A stretch of 64,000 nt of DNA from an uncultured Nitrososphaerales archaeon (GCA_963713605.1 CAVQMO010000002.1:36498-100497); one strand, 5' to 3'. Counted from the first letter of the stretch, positions 11,000-22,372 are shown. Notes: generated by a model not told the origin, from the sequence alone. Program-made: numbers and translations.

Positions 11000-11618
11000 A
11001 TGTCTGGTTATCCCATCGACGACGATGATGACGTAATGGATAACTATTATGACTCTGATTCTTTATCTTCTACTTCAAATTTTAGATTTAATAAATATAC
11101 CGCAGACTTTGGCAAACCAATAACTATTACAATGCCTAATGAGAATATCGATAAATTACAATATGAATCAGAAACCAAACAGATGAGTTTTAACACAAAA
11201 ATCAATCAAATAATCAAAAATCACAGAGATTGGTATTCGAACACCCCACCAGCTAATATGTCGTGCATTCCTAAACCAATAGTAACTAAAGCTATTGGCC
11301 AACTCACGGAACAACAGACTTTCCGAGTTCGCACAATCCACAGTAGACAATCTCCAAGAGATGAGTTTATTGTTACGTGGAGAATTTAGTTTTTCATCAT
11401 TTCTGGACATAGTCAATACTTGGCTAAGAATTACACAGACACCTACCAGATTCTATGAGACGCGACATGAATATAAAATCATAATCAGACATGATATGGG
11501 ATACAAATACTCATTTCTTCTCAAAGAAGTATTTAGACTTGTGATGAAAGAAAGATTTCACAAATCATTCCGCTACAACATGACCGAAAATGTTATACTA
11601 ATTAGAAGTGCAAGATAA
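11000..11618 (+). CDS. RHH-like family protein, subtype B; 1-nt frameshift near 11318
   Basis: ORFs 11000-11389 and 11295-11618 join into a close paralogue of 20137-20769. Confidence 0.8.
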
Positions 11619-11668
11619 ATATTGATGAACTTGAGGATAATTCTAATTATCTGCTAACTCTGCTAGCT

Positions 11669-12030
11669 CTATCCAGATAATATGCTATTTCGTCTTCTTC
11701 CAATGACCCATTTATTATCAGCTGTGACAATCGTCGAGCCCACCGAAAGTGGTCTGATAGTTTTATCTTGTCCAAATAGTCTTTTGAATTTATTACTTTT
11801 AGTACCTATCCACTCTTTGAAACTTGACATGCATGTATCAAATATTAGATGGGGTGGTCGGAATTCTTGGTTCTTTACATGAAATAGTTTGCCATCAAAA
11901 ATTGGCTGTTTTTTTGCTACAGCGTTATTCCACTCTGTATTAATAATAGATCGTTCATCATGGGTAAATGAAATTCTAATTGGAGAATATGAACAAATTA
12001 TATTTTCTGATGTCAGACTTACCTTCGGCT
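11669..12030 (-). pseudogene. Nudix-hydrolase-like (NUDT22-type) N-terminal remnant
   Basis: EWNNAVAKKQPIFDGKLF...RPLSVGSTIVTADNKWVIGRR then stop; no start codon. Confidence 0.5.
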
Positions 12031-12213
12031 ATAATCTGAGTTCTTTTGTGTCTTAATTTATCTACTAATCCCATTCATCGGCAGCCAAACTTAGGTTCTT
12101 AGCCATAAATACTATCAAGTCCTGATATTATATATAGTGGTAGCGACCTTGATAAGTTGTCGCAACTATGTATTGTTCACTCTGTACTCCTACGGTCGCG
12201 TCATTAACTGCTC

Positions 12214-12840
12214 TTGACAAAGTACTTACTTCATATCAGAAACAGTATTAGCAGAGACTACAATCATAGAAGAGAAGGCTTCTTTGCTGTCGCTAATTTC
12301 GAGGATCGTAATGAGGCAAAAATAACGCTAGATAGATTTAGAATTCCAAATGAGAAATTACATCAATTACGAAATGAAACTGAGACACAGCAAGTCAGTT
12401 TGAATACCTTGGTTAATCAAATAATCAAAGAACACCTTGATTTTCACGGTTTAGCTTCACAAGCTAAACTGTATTATCTGCCAAAGCCATTTTTGATGAG
12501 ACTAATTTATGAATATACTGAAGAAGAATTACGTGAGCTAGCAAGAGAGACAGCGAAAAATGATCTAGTGGATATAAGTTTGCTCCTTAAAGGAGGATTT
12601 TCAATTGCTTCGCTTGCAGATATTACAGAAACGTGGTTAAAAATTTCTAAAATGCCTTACAGGTATGAAATTAACGGCGAGAGCTCCAAAATCATTATAC
12701 AGCATGAGATGGGGCTGAAGTATTCTTATCTGATTAGAAAGATCTGTGGGTACCTACTAGAAGTGGTGTTTGAGGCAAAAGCATCTTACAAAATAACTGA
12801 TGATACACTTGTTATAGATATAGATCTTTTCAAGAGATAA
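12214..12840 (+). CDS. RHH-like family protein, subtype A
   Basis: FRIPNEKLHQLR..SLNTLVNQIIKEHLDF; shares AKLYYLPK and TAKNDLVDISL with 10244-10789. Confidence 0.8.
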   Translation: MTKYLLHIRNSISRDYNHRREGFFAVANFEDRNEAKITLDRFRIPNEKLHQLRNETETQQVSLNTLVNQIIKEHLDFHGLASQAKLYYLPKPFLMRLIYEYTEEELRELARETAKNDLVDISLLLKGGFSIASLADITETWLKISKMPYRYEINGESSKIIIQHEMGLKYSYLIRKICGYLLEVVFEAKASYKITDDTLVIDIDLFKR

Positions 12841-12911
12841 TACGATGAAGTGCGGAGTAAGTTGCTATGAGCCTTTAATAACTTTGTAACTTATAATATG
12901 CCGTCTAGTGC

Positions 12912-13529
12912 ATGCGGATACTGATTGCTGAAGATGACTCTGATATATCAAATCTTTATAAAAAGGCTTTAGAAAAAAGAAACCATAATGTTGTCCTTAC
13001 CACATCTGGAGATACTTGTATTCAGAACTACCTAGATAATCTACCTCATACGGCGACAATCCCCAGCTCCTCTTCAAGGGTTTCGACAACTTCTAAAATA
13101 GACTCTTTTCAGCCTCACAGCAAGATAAATTCCAACAACATTCATACCAAGAAGGCGGCTTGCACCTTCCCTGCGGAGTCAGTATATGATGTAGTTATTC
13201 TTGATTATAAAATGCCAGGTATGAATGGTATGGATGTAGCCAAGGAAATATTAGCAGTAAATCCTTATCAGAGAATAATCTTTGCTTCCGCTTACGTTAA
13301 AGAAACTTTGCAAGAATCAGTAAAGCAACTTAAACAGGTAGTAGAGTTAATGCAGAAACCTTTTTCTTTAATTCACCTAGTCGACACAGTAGAAGATAAG
13401 GAAGTATATGAAGAGCTCAAGAGCCTTAACGTAGATATTAGTCGTATTAAAGCTGCAGAACCATCTCATGAACTAGTTATTGATTTACTTGAAAAATTAA
13501 AGAAAATACAGAAATATAGGACATTTTGA
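12912..13529 (+). CDS. Response regulator receiver protein with Ser-rich insert and short C-terminal extension
   Basis: ILIAEDD, VILDYKMPGMNG (phospho-Asp), IFASAY, QKPF. Confidence 0.9.
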   Translation: MRILIAEDDSDISNLYKKALEKRNHNVVLTTSGDTCIQNYLDNLPHTATIPSSSSRVSTTSKIDSFQPHSKINSNNIHTKKAACTFPAESVYDVVILDYKMPGMNGMDVAKEILAVNPYQRIIFASAYVKETLQESVKQLKQVVELMQKPFSLIHLVDTVEDKEVYEELKSLNVDISRIKAAEPSHELVIDLLEKLKKIQKYRTF

Positions 13530-13611
13530 TTCTACACCAACATACCGGTCGATAGTATATGTAATGTTGATATTCATCTAGTAACAGACTGTTTAAACGC
13601 ACAGCATGGGA

Positions 13612-13976
13612 CTATACCCTGATTCGACAGATTGGAGGAGGACTAAGTTTATGTCCATTTTTATTGATTATCTCTAACACCTTTTTCACTTCAGTAATGC
13701 TGTACCCATGTTTATCTTGTCTGCTTATTTTTGAAAGCACATTGAGAAAGTTTTGTGGTTTATATCTGAAGTTTTTCGTCCTGTTTGCAATCTGTCTATT
13801 CGCATAAGAATAGAATATTTTTTTGTAAGTGCTTTGACTACTAAAAGGGTGGAAACTGAAGAATCGACTCCCCCATTCATACCTACTATTACACCTTCAG
13901 ATTCTCTGGCTTTAATTTCTGACTTGATAAATTGGGTAATGGATCTAATAATGTTGTATTTACGTCTATCATCCAT
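13612..13976 (-). pseudogene. nadE: NAD+ synthetase remnant (N- and C-termini, middle deleted)
   Basis: EGVIVGMNGGVDSSV (mutated SGGxDS loop) and C-terminal EVKKVLEIINKNGHKLSPPPIC. Confidence 0.75.
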
Positions 13977-14366
13977 AGTTTATGAAAAAAAGGTGTTCAA
14001 GGGGCTTTTATATATTTGATTAACTACACGTACTGAATATATTGTAAGTTTCAAGAATATAAGCCAGCTTTACTAAAAGTCAGTGTATGCAAATAAAAAT
14101 ATTTCACAACTCTATAAAGTTCTATCTTCCTCGATTAGAATGATATTCAGAAATAGTTCGAACAATTGCAGATGAATATGGAAATATGTCACTTATTGGA
14201 TTTGAAGGGTATTTTCAAGGAAAGCTTGAGCCAGTGAAATATACAAGAGTGGAAGTACATACAGATGACATTAGAATAAAGTTAAATCAAACAAGTTTGG
14301 CTTATGAATTCAACAATCGTCTTGTACGTCAGTAAGTTGTAACGTTATTCTATTCTTGTTGTAGCT

Positions 14367-14890
14367 CAGGGTTCGAATTTTATAATAACAGCATTCTCTG
14401 TAATTTCGCAAGATGATTTTTTTAAATGCTACTTCCAATAAGTATCTAGAGATCTCTCTAATTAGATACGAATACTTTTGTCCCATGTCATGAATAATAA
14501 TAATTTTATAGATGTCTCCAGTGATTTCAATTCTCTGGGACATCTGTGCTATTCTCAACCATGTTTCTGCAATCTCTGAAATTGAAGCAATATTATATCC
14601 ACCGCTTAAAATAAGCATACATCAACAAGTTCATTTTTTGCCACATCACGTGCTAGCTCATTTAATTCATCATTGGTGAGTTCGTTGAGTAATCTAACTA
14701 AAAATGATTTTGGCAAGTAGTATAGGCATGTGCTGCCATACTATGCCAACCAAGATATGCTTTGAGTATTTGATTAAAGTGTATTTGAAGAAATATTTCT
14801 AGCATCGGCTGCTTTACGTAATTGTTCCAATTTTTCTTTTGATAACCGAAATGTTACACCCTTAGTAGATGGCTTAGTAGAAGTGACGGG
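14367..14890 (-). pseudogene. RHH-like family protein, subtype A, several frameshifts
   Basis: VTFRLSKEKLEQLRKAA, LYYLPKSFLVRLLNELT, AETWLRIAQM, EISRYLLEVAF, ITENAVIIK spread over frames. Confidence 0.85.
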
Positions 14891-15100
14891 CCGGCTTCAA
14901 CTAATCCCAAGAAGTAGCTTATCGGTACTTAAATATTGCAGCATATATTTAAAATACACCAAATTTTTGTCAATAACAACATTTTAAATCTGTATTCACA
15001 CGTGTATTTTTTCGCTTTAATAAACGAATTGGACGATGATGACTTTAGCACGCATTATTCACCATTATATACTTTAATGTACATTTCATAGTGATTCGTC

Positions 15101-15355
15101 ATGAAAAGCGAAGTTAATATTGATAATCAATTGAGAAACTATGCTTTTTATAGCAGTCCGGCTTTATTGAGTCGTAATAAAGACAGAGAATTTGGGACAG
15201 TAATCGCAGAAGCCAAAAATAAGCTAATTATAGTTGATGATGAAAATATCAGAGAACATGTATATTTAATCCCAAAGACAAAAGTGGATCATTATAGTGA
15301 TAAGCAAGTGTATATTAGCATCCCTGAAAATTCTCTGAAAGAATTTGAGATGTAA
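15101..15355 (+). CDS. Small beta-rich (PRC-barrel-like) protein, paralogue of 27168-27449
   Basis: Shared EHxYLIPKxKVxHYSDxxxYxxIxxNSLKEFE motif. Confidence 0.7.
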   Translation: MKSEVNIDNQLRNYAFYSSPALLSRNKDREFGTVIAEAKNKLIIVDDENIREHVYLIPKTKVDHYSDKQVYISIPENSLKEFEM

Positions 15356-15466
15356 CTATTGATATAACACTAATGCTAGCTAAATGGCTCTTTTACTATT
15401 GTGGTCTGACGGGATAATATACTCACCACAAAACCTATATTAAAATTCAGTCAGCCCGTGAAATAA

Positions 15467-15564
15467 GATCATAGTTGGTTGAACTTGAGCGAGCGACTAC
15501 CAACTTGATCAATATGGGATTGGAATTGAATTGAATAATGCAATAAATAATGTACAATATTGAA
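15467..15564 (+). repeat. Dispersed hairpin repeat, diverged copy 1
   Basis: gatcatagttggt...accaacttgatc stem followed by atgggattgg...caatattgaa, as at 22216-22310. Confidence 0.7.
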
Positions 15565-15813
15565 CGTAAGTCAGACTTGGGGTTGCCAGTCACTTTACTT
15601 TAAAAATACTATAATGTATCAATATGTGTTATGTGTGTATTAATAGTAGTAGTAGTGGAATGAGTCGGCATCCATTACTAATTGCTTTAGGGTTAATAGG
15701 CAAGTCACACTATCGACATCGCAATAGGTTACGTATTATCTAATCATGGAGTTAGCCAGGCGCCATGTATTCTGGCTAGTTGCTTGTTGTCATAAATCCA
15801 AGTAATCCCTGGG

Positions 15814-16032
15814 CTATCTATCCTCCTCACTGCGGGGTGTTAGATGTCCATTACTACAGATATACTAAGGCAGTTTAATCTCCGCATTGAATTCAACAAA
15901 GTCTCCATTCTTATCCCAATATCCATCTGTAAACTTCATCTTTGGTACTGTTTGGCCTAGATATAAGATGACCTTGCTCCTCTTTCCTTCGGTCTGGCAC
16001 TGTGGGCAAAGTACTTTTTCTTCTCCGCTCAT
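15814..16032 (-). pseudogene. Zn-ribbon protein (CPQC...CSNGH) with in-frame TAG at 15865-15867
   Basis: MSGEEKVLCPQCQTEG...EIKLP*YICSNGHLTPRSEEDR*. Confidence 0.55.
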
Positions 16033-16486
16033 ATCAATTCATAAATCATCTACATAAGATTAAGTTGACAGAGCGATCTTTCTATCACCAGAACCGCAGA
16101 GATAGCATAAATAGGTATTTGAATAATATTCAGTTTACCATCGTTTGAACTAGTAACGCTTCAATCAAAATGTATATTCCGAATCCTATTTACACAAATG
16201 GCAGCACTCTATTGGCTATACGGCGTAACTGGGTTGCAAGTGCAAAATATCTATGGTTATCCTCATTTCCTTCTGTGTTTGTGTCAGTCAGTCTCATTAA
16301 GAATCCCCTCTTGACACTCAGCCATTTCCTCACCTTCTTCCATCTCACTACTGGGCTCAATTATTCCGCATTCACCAATCATTCGACCTAGTGAGTCATT
16401 CTCTCCGGCCTGGCCTGATCTGCTGTAGACATCGTCATTTTCTTGTTAGTGACAAAGGTGGTCGCAAAAGATTGCTCGTAAGTCAT

Positions 16487-16801
16487 CTACTTCTCCTCCT
16501 TTATTCGTTGGATATCTGTAACACTGGGTGCTATCTCTGCCTCTACCGCCTCACGTCTTTTTACCTCTAGCGTTCTTAAGATATCGTGTATTGCCTCTGC
16601 GATTAGCCTGTGACTTTTTGCTTCGCCTATTTCTCCGTTATGGACATAGCCCTCAGTCAATGTTGCTTGTCTATAGAACTCAAGTGATAAGTGGCCCATC
16701 GTCAATTCCATATCCGAACGGTCGATGCCTCTCAGGAGGTTGGATAGATTTCTAAGTCTCTTTTCTCTCTTATCTTCCGACTGGTTAGACATAATAACCA
16801 T
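16487..16801 (-). CDS. Hypothetical helical protein
   Basis: 104 aa charged ORF, no recognised motif. Confidence 0.55.
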   Translation of the reverse strand: MVIMSNQSEDKREKRLRNLSNLLRGIDRSDMELTMGHLSLEFYRQATLTEGYVHNGEIGEAKSHRLIAEAIHDILRTLEVKRREAVEAEIAPSVTDIQRIKEEK

Positions 16802-17050
16802 TATTCATAAAAATATTTAGAGGGATCTGATGGAAGTTTCTGTGTTATCTTAAGTAATTCAGTGTCTGCCGTGTTTATTTCTTGGAATGCTTTCAGAGTA
16901 TTACCTGATGCATCCTGAGCCATGTTTATGTGATTTAATACTTGCAATAGTTGTTGCCCGCCAGTACTATCCTCTCTCTGCTATGATAATTCTTACTTCA
17001 GTCTCAGCAGATCCTAAATCGCCAGGCAGTTCATATCTTATAGATGCAAC

Positions 17051-17146
17051 TCAGGGCTGGGTTTTTACAATAACAGTATTCTTTGTAATATCGCATGTAG
17101 ATTTAGTTTCAAATGCTACTTCCAATAGATATCAAGATATTTCTTC
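17051..17146 (-). pseudogene. C-terminal remnant of RHH-like family subtype A
   Basis: EIS*YLLEVAFETKSTCDITKNTVIVK versus EISRYLLEVAFESKSSCNVTENAVIIK of 10244-10789. Confidence 0.75.
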
Positions 17147-17357
17147 ATTGCGTCTTTTCATACAAATCACAAACTACGCGCCAACCAACTCTAACGATAT
17201 CTCTTTTTCGAAATATTGTAAAGCTTCCTTTCTAACTATCTCCCAGTCATTCAATGTTTCTCCATCGAATAAATTTATAAAAGTTAAGGATAGTCACATT
17301 AGTATTTTATGCCCATATAACTTATATCATAATCTTAAAAGTTTTTTACCAGCGGTC

Positions 17358-17752
17358 ATGATGTTACATGTGACAAATCATAGGCATTCACCTGAAAAGA
17401 AAACAGTGATGGTTTGTGATGATGACCATGATCTTCGTCAGTTATTTGGTCAAGCCCTAAGGTCAAAATATAATATAATTCTGGTTGGTTCTGGCGAGGA
17501 TTGCATTGACAGATTCAAGGTAACAAGCTACATCTCATATTATTAGACTATAAACTGGGGGATATGCTTGGCGATAGTGTGGCTAGAAAGATAAAAGAGA
17601 ATAATGGAGTAAAGATAATTCTAATTTCTGCATATGAATTGGATAATGAACTTGTAAAAGAGTTGCAAGAGAATAAGTATATTGCAACCTTCATTGAAAA
17701 GCCAATTCGCTTACATAACCTAATTGAATTAGTAGCAGATACAATAAGCTAG
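17358..17752 (+). pseudogene. Stand-alone receiver (CheY-like), frameshifted by short internal deletion near 17520
   Basis: VMVCDDD..GSGEDC then, in another frame, HLILLDYKLGDMLGD..ILISAY..IEKPI; about 5 codons missing relative to 43315-43677. Confidence 0.85.
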
Positions 17753-17920
17753 ATTTAATGGCCCATCAGCAAATAGTTGATAATACTACTTAAATGGTGT
17801 AAATACCCATATATGGAGACGAGCGAAAGGGAAATTGATGTCGAATCAATAATAATACTAATCTTCGATCAGCAGTATTATTAACCGAACCCGTAATGTA
17901 TATCATCGTATGTTTTCCCT

Positions 17921-19166
17921 TTACGATACATTTAATGGCAACGTAAATGAAAAAGTGGCACCTTTTCCATCTGAATTATTCTCACCCCAAATCTTTCCTC
18001 CATGTGCTTCTACTACACCTTTGGAAATAAATAGCCCAAGACCAGTACCTCTATCAGACTTGGTAGCAAATTTCGTAAACAACCTTGTTTGAATGTCAGG
18101 ATGTATGCCCGTTCCTGTATCTCTTACTTTAATAATGACTTCATTAATGTTATTGTTATTGAAGTTAGACCTTATGTCGGGTACTGATTGTAATAGTCCC
18201 CTTTTGAGTAAATTTAATGGCATTACTAAGTAAGTTTGCAATAACCTCATACAATCTTACTTTGTCTGCATGTACGAAAATGGGATTATTTTTATCTCGT
18301 TCTACTAATAGAATTCTCACGAGTTGATGGTGAGGATATTGATTTTCAAAATCTTTTTTTACGTTCGTAATCTTTTCATTTAGATTGATTCTTTCCTTCC
18401 TTAACTTTAGTGTTTGGCCTTCTATCCGCGTTACATCTAATAGGTTAATAGCTAGCTTTTGAAGCCTTTCTGCATTTCTTTTTATCGCTTCAACTTCCTC
18501 ACTATTCTGACAGGATTCTCCCAAAAGCTCGGCATATCCTAAAATCGATTGCGTTGGTGTTTTCATCTCGTGACTAGCGATATTGATAAATTCATTTTGC
18601 ATCTTGTCATGGACTTTTAGTTGTTCGTACAATGCCACTTGTTTCCACAGACTCTCAAAGATTGAAAAATATGATATAACAGTTGGTTTGCTATTGGAAT
18701 AAGTAGCCAATCCCACGGCTTCTACAAAATTTTCTTTGAAATCATCTATTTTTTCAAATACTAATGATTCTTTTTTATCAACTACCATTATGGTGACTGT
18801 ATTTACGGCAAATTCACTAGTAGACCGAAACTCAAAATCCTTTTTTCCTTCTGCAGTACCTATAGTATCTGCTATGCCTTCTATGTCATTCTTTATCGCA
18901 GGATCATCTGGAACTAGAATTTTAACTCTTAGAGTACAATCTGTTGCCCCCTGATTTAACAATTGAAATATTCCTAAACGTTGTTCACGGAGAAACGCAT
19001 TAACTGTTGGAAGTAGTAATAATACTTCATACTGTGCTGACTTTATCATATTAATAAACAATGTCTGTACGGATAATGGATTCTGAATTAATTCCGTCTT
19101 TCCTAACTTAACATCTTCCTCTTTTCTTTTGTTTAAAGACGGAGGAACATCGTAAGAAATCCCCAA
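17921..19166 (-). CDS. Cytoplasmic sensor histidine kinase (Nitrososphaera-type N-domain + HisKA + HATPase); 1-nt frameshift near 18180
   Basis: H box FINIASHEMKTP, N box NLLSNAIKFT, G1 DTGTGI, F box LFTKF, G2 GTGLGL. Confidence 0.9.
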
Positions 19167-19894
19167 GCTATTAATTCAGAGTAGGATACAAACTATATAA
19201 ACTGATTTTAAGCCTTTAAACAGGAGGTATGTGTCTCCGCAACCTAGCTTCATATTATCAATAAGTGATTGAAATCGCTCGGCGACTATCCCATGCAACA
19301 AGACAAAGATAAAGCCTCAAAATAATTTTAGCGAAATTGAATTTTGTTTTTCGCTTAAACATAGTATTATCTAGTTCATCGGCAATAGAATCTCTTTAGC
19401 GTACAGAAGATCGGGAGAATAATCAACTCCAACCGGTATTACAAAGAACAATTGAAATAGGAATTTTGACAGTGCTATTATGACAATAATCACAATAATA
19501 ATAATAATCATGTAGACTAAAGTTCCGAGTACCATTTTCGTCTACTGCTATTCAAATAGTATTTAACCATTATTAGTGGATAGTGTAAATTACAGATGAT
19601 TTCAAGAGCAGAGCATAATGTGGGGGCATATTCCGCTCTTTGATCTAAGTGCTGAACGGATTGTACTCGCTAGAGTGCACAGGTTTGTTACTCCAATTAG
19701 TAAGAAATATGTTGTCTTCCCAGCCTAAATTAAATAGTATGTAGCACTTAATCGGAAAATAATAAATGGAAAATACTAGGCCGCTTATGTAACTGAGTAT
19801 TTTGGTTTAGTAGGGTTAGTTTTGAGCACTTCTGTATTACTTAGCGCAGCTGCCGATGCAATTTCCACGTCATTTACTGTATCCAAAAATATTA

Positions 19895-19944
19895 CGGCTA
19901 CTAATTAATCTGATCATAGTTGGTGGTTGTTGGGGCCGGGCCAC
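19895..19944 (+). repeat. Dispersed hairpin repeat, 5' partial copy 2
   Basis: cggctactaattaatctgatcatagttggtggttgttgggg..gggccac nearly identical to 22199-22247. Confidence 0.85.
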
Positions 19945-20136
19945 GGAATTATGGTACTTTATTTGCTTGTTCCACTCATTTCTAAACCCAGATCACTGGT
20001 TATTTCTTTCATCGTTTTCTTTCCCACTTGTAAAGCTACTGACTTGCTTCTAACTTCTGAGGCGAACATCTCTAAAATGTAGGATTTATCAACGAATTGT
20101 AAGTCTTATTAGCCATAACGTGCATGAATAGATGAA

Positions 20137-20769
20137 ATGTCCAGCTATTCGCTCAATGACATGAATAAATATCACGTTTTTAATTATACTTCAAATTTCC
20201 AAAGTAAGAACCGTTCCAGAAACAGCAAAAAGTATATCCTGGAAGATGATTTATCAGAAAATCTTGGCGAACCAGTGACAATCAAAATCCCTGCGGAGAA
20301 TATTGACCAATTGCAATATGAATCTGAAACCAAACAGGTGAGTTTAAACACAAGGATTAACCAAATAATCAAGGACCATCTGGACTGGCATTCAGTTACC
20401 CATGAGTCTAAGATGTATTATGTACCGAAGGCATTGATAACTAGAGCTATCGAACATCTTACAGAACAAGAGCTATCTGAATTTGCACAATTCATGGTAA
20501 ACGATCTAAATGATATGAGTTTACTATTACGAGGAGAATTCGATTTCTCTTCATTTTTGGACATCATAAATATGTGGTTAAGGATCACACGGACACCCAA
20601 CAGATTCGAACAGAGTGAATATGAACATAAAATTGTGATTAGACATGAGATGGGATACAAATATTCTTATCTTATCAAAGAAGTATTTAGAATAGTGATA
20701 CATAGATTTAACAAACCTTTTCACTACAAAATAACTGAAAATACTATTCTAATCAGAAGCGCAAATTAG
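20137..20769 (+). CDS. RHH-like family protein, subtype B
   Basis: VTIKIPAENIDQLQYESETKQVSLNTRINQIIKDHLDW; IVIRHEMGYKYSYLIKE. Confidence 0.8.
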   Translation: MSSYSLNDMNKYHVFNYTSNFQSKNRSRNSKKYILEDDLSENLGEPVTIKIPAENIDQLQYESETKQVSLNTRINQIIKDHLDWHSVTHESKMYYVPKALITRAIEHLTEQELSEFAQFMVNDLNDMSLLLRGEFDFSSFLDIINMWLRITRTPNRFEQSEYEHKIVIRHEMGYKYSYLIKEVFRIVIHRFNKPFHYKITENTILIRSAN

Positions 20770-21202
20770 ATTGCTCTGTATTATCATATATATAAAATAT
20801 AATTAGGAGGAAGATTCCTTTGAAAGTGCCTCATAGTGGTTCATAAAAAAGTAGGAATTGAGTTTGGAAACTCGATTGTTAAGTGAATGTGTCAAAATTG
20901 ATAGATCTAGCGATTTACATATAGTCTATATATAGAGATGCAGATGAATACCAGAATTCTAGCATATATTATATCAGGAATAGCAGTATTTTTGATTTTT
21001 GCAGCAAAATCCTCATCTGTTTTCGCCTCAGGCCGGGGGGAGGACCATTACTTAAACTTGCAATTAATGATACCCTAGAGACAGGTGAGGGAAGTATACT
21101 ATATTAAGATAGTGGTAACTGTTAGCCGTATCTCGAGAAGTTTCTCAAGCCACTTCCACTTGTTCCTGAGCCCTTCACAATTTGGATTACTGCTATCTTT
21201 AG

Positions 21203-21604
21203 TTAGTATCTTTCCCTACTGTTGTTAGATTTATCTGTAAAATACGGCAAGACCCCCTTTGTAAATTCATGTATAAACTTTTTTTCATCAGGACTTGTAC
21301 TGTGTGTAAACACTTGAGTAAAGCCAGATTCAAAATATTCTTCAATTGGTTTTATGAGATCGTCTATTTTAGTAACAATTAGTGTTGATTGCTTTAACTT
21401 GTCGTCTGATACCTCTTGTTTTGCTTTTTCTTGCAATTTTATTGGATCGCTTATGTTCAGATCAAACACATTTTCTATAAGCGAAGATCGCCAAAATTCA
21501 CACGAGCGCAAAGCCTCATCATAGTCTTCTGAATACGAAATCTTTGGTTTAGCTATTTTTTCAAGTATTGTAGCCAGATTATATTCATATTCCCTGCCTT
21601 TCAT
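21203..21604 (-). pseudogene. C-terminal fragment of F420-dependent LLM-class oxidoreductase with foreign N-terminus
   Basis: ISYSEDYDEAL..FW..IEEYFESGFTQVFTHSTSPDEKKFI..VLP; first 10 codons derive from the inverted copy of the tfb downstream region. Confidence 0.65.
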
Positions 21605-21668
21605 ATTTTGAATTTGACTATCCTTTTATCTTCTATTCTGGATTTCAGGGAATAGTTTTTGTATATCT
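21574..21668 (-). repeat. Inverted copy of 489-584 (tfb 3' end and downstream flank)
   Basis: Reverse complement agatatacaaaaactattccctgaaat...tagtcaaattcaa.atatgaaaggcagggaatat...ataatctgg matches with few differences. Confidence 0.9.
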
Positions 21669-22198
21669 CGTTATGTCGATATTAGGTTATTGAATTATTC
21701 CCTTTAACTCTTTTGTCTTAGTTTTTGCAGTATAGGTATTTCTAAACATATCTATTCCCATTCTTTCCCAAGCCTAAGAATTAGATTAAACTCCTACTCC
21801 AAAACGTTACTGACGTATTAGATATTGTCTCAGCTAGTAAAGAAATTCCAGACCTGATATCACTGTGGGAATAGATTGCAGCAAAGTAACGTTACCAAAG
21901 GTTTGCCTTAGATTAGCAATAGTACACACACATAGTTCTAATATGGTTAGAAGCAAATGAAACAGAAGACATCCCTATCATTAATATTAGTAGTCAAGAA
22001 TATTGGAAGGTCTTTAGCCCACTTCTTGAAATATTAACTAATAGAACAAATGATAACAGCGAATAATTGCGGATAAAATTACACTACTGTGACAGTGAAA
22101 GTTCTACTCAATATCACTCAGATAGAGTAGGACACTTGTTAGACTTGTCGTTACCGTTACCCGATAGATTATCTATAGAAAAAACACAATCTAGTCAT

Positions 22199-22322
22199 CG
22201 GCTACTGATTAATCTGATCATAGTTGGTGGTTGTTTGGGCGGGCCACCAACTTGATCGCTCATGGGGTTGAGATTGGATACTACCATTTAATAATAAGCA
22301 ACATTGAATAAAAGTATTATAA
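22199..22322 (+). repeat. Dispersed hairpin repeat, longest copy 3
   Basis: Stem gatcatagttggtgg (22216-22230) / ccaccaacttgatc (22244-22257); ends in aaaagtattataa. Confidence 0.9.
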
Positions 22323-22372
22323 CTAGCTCTAGCTTTAGTAAGTTTAGAGACGTAGAATCATAACTGAAGAGA

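Noticed and set aside
16887..17546. 219 aa ORF as one gene
   Set aside because: Only the last ~60 codons are receiver-like; the rest is antisense to minus-strand gene remnants
18150..18200. Programmed ribosomal frameshifting in the kinase and other split genes
   Set aside because: No shared slippery heptamer or downstream structure; single-base insertion error or mutation is simpler
19789..19803. 15-bp match gtaactgagtatttt with 28382-28396
   Set aside because: Short AT-rich match that could arise by chance; no extended similarity
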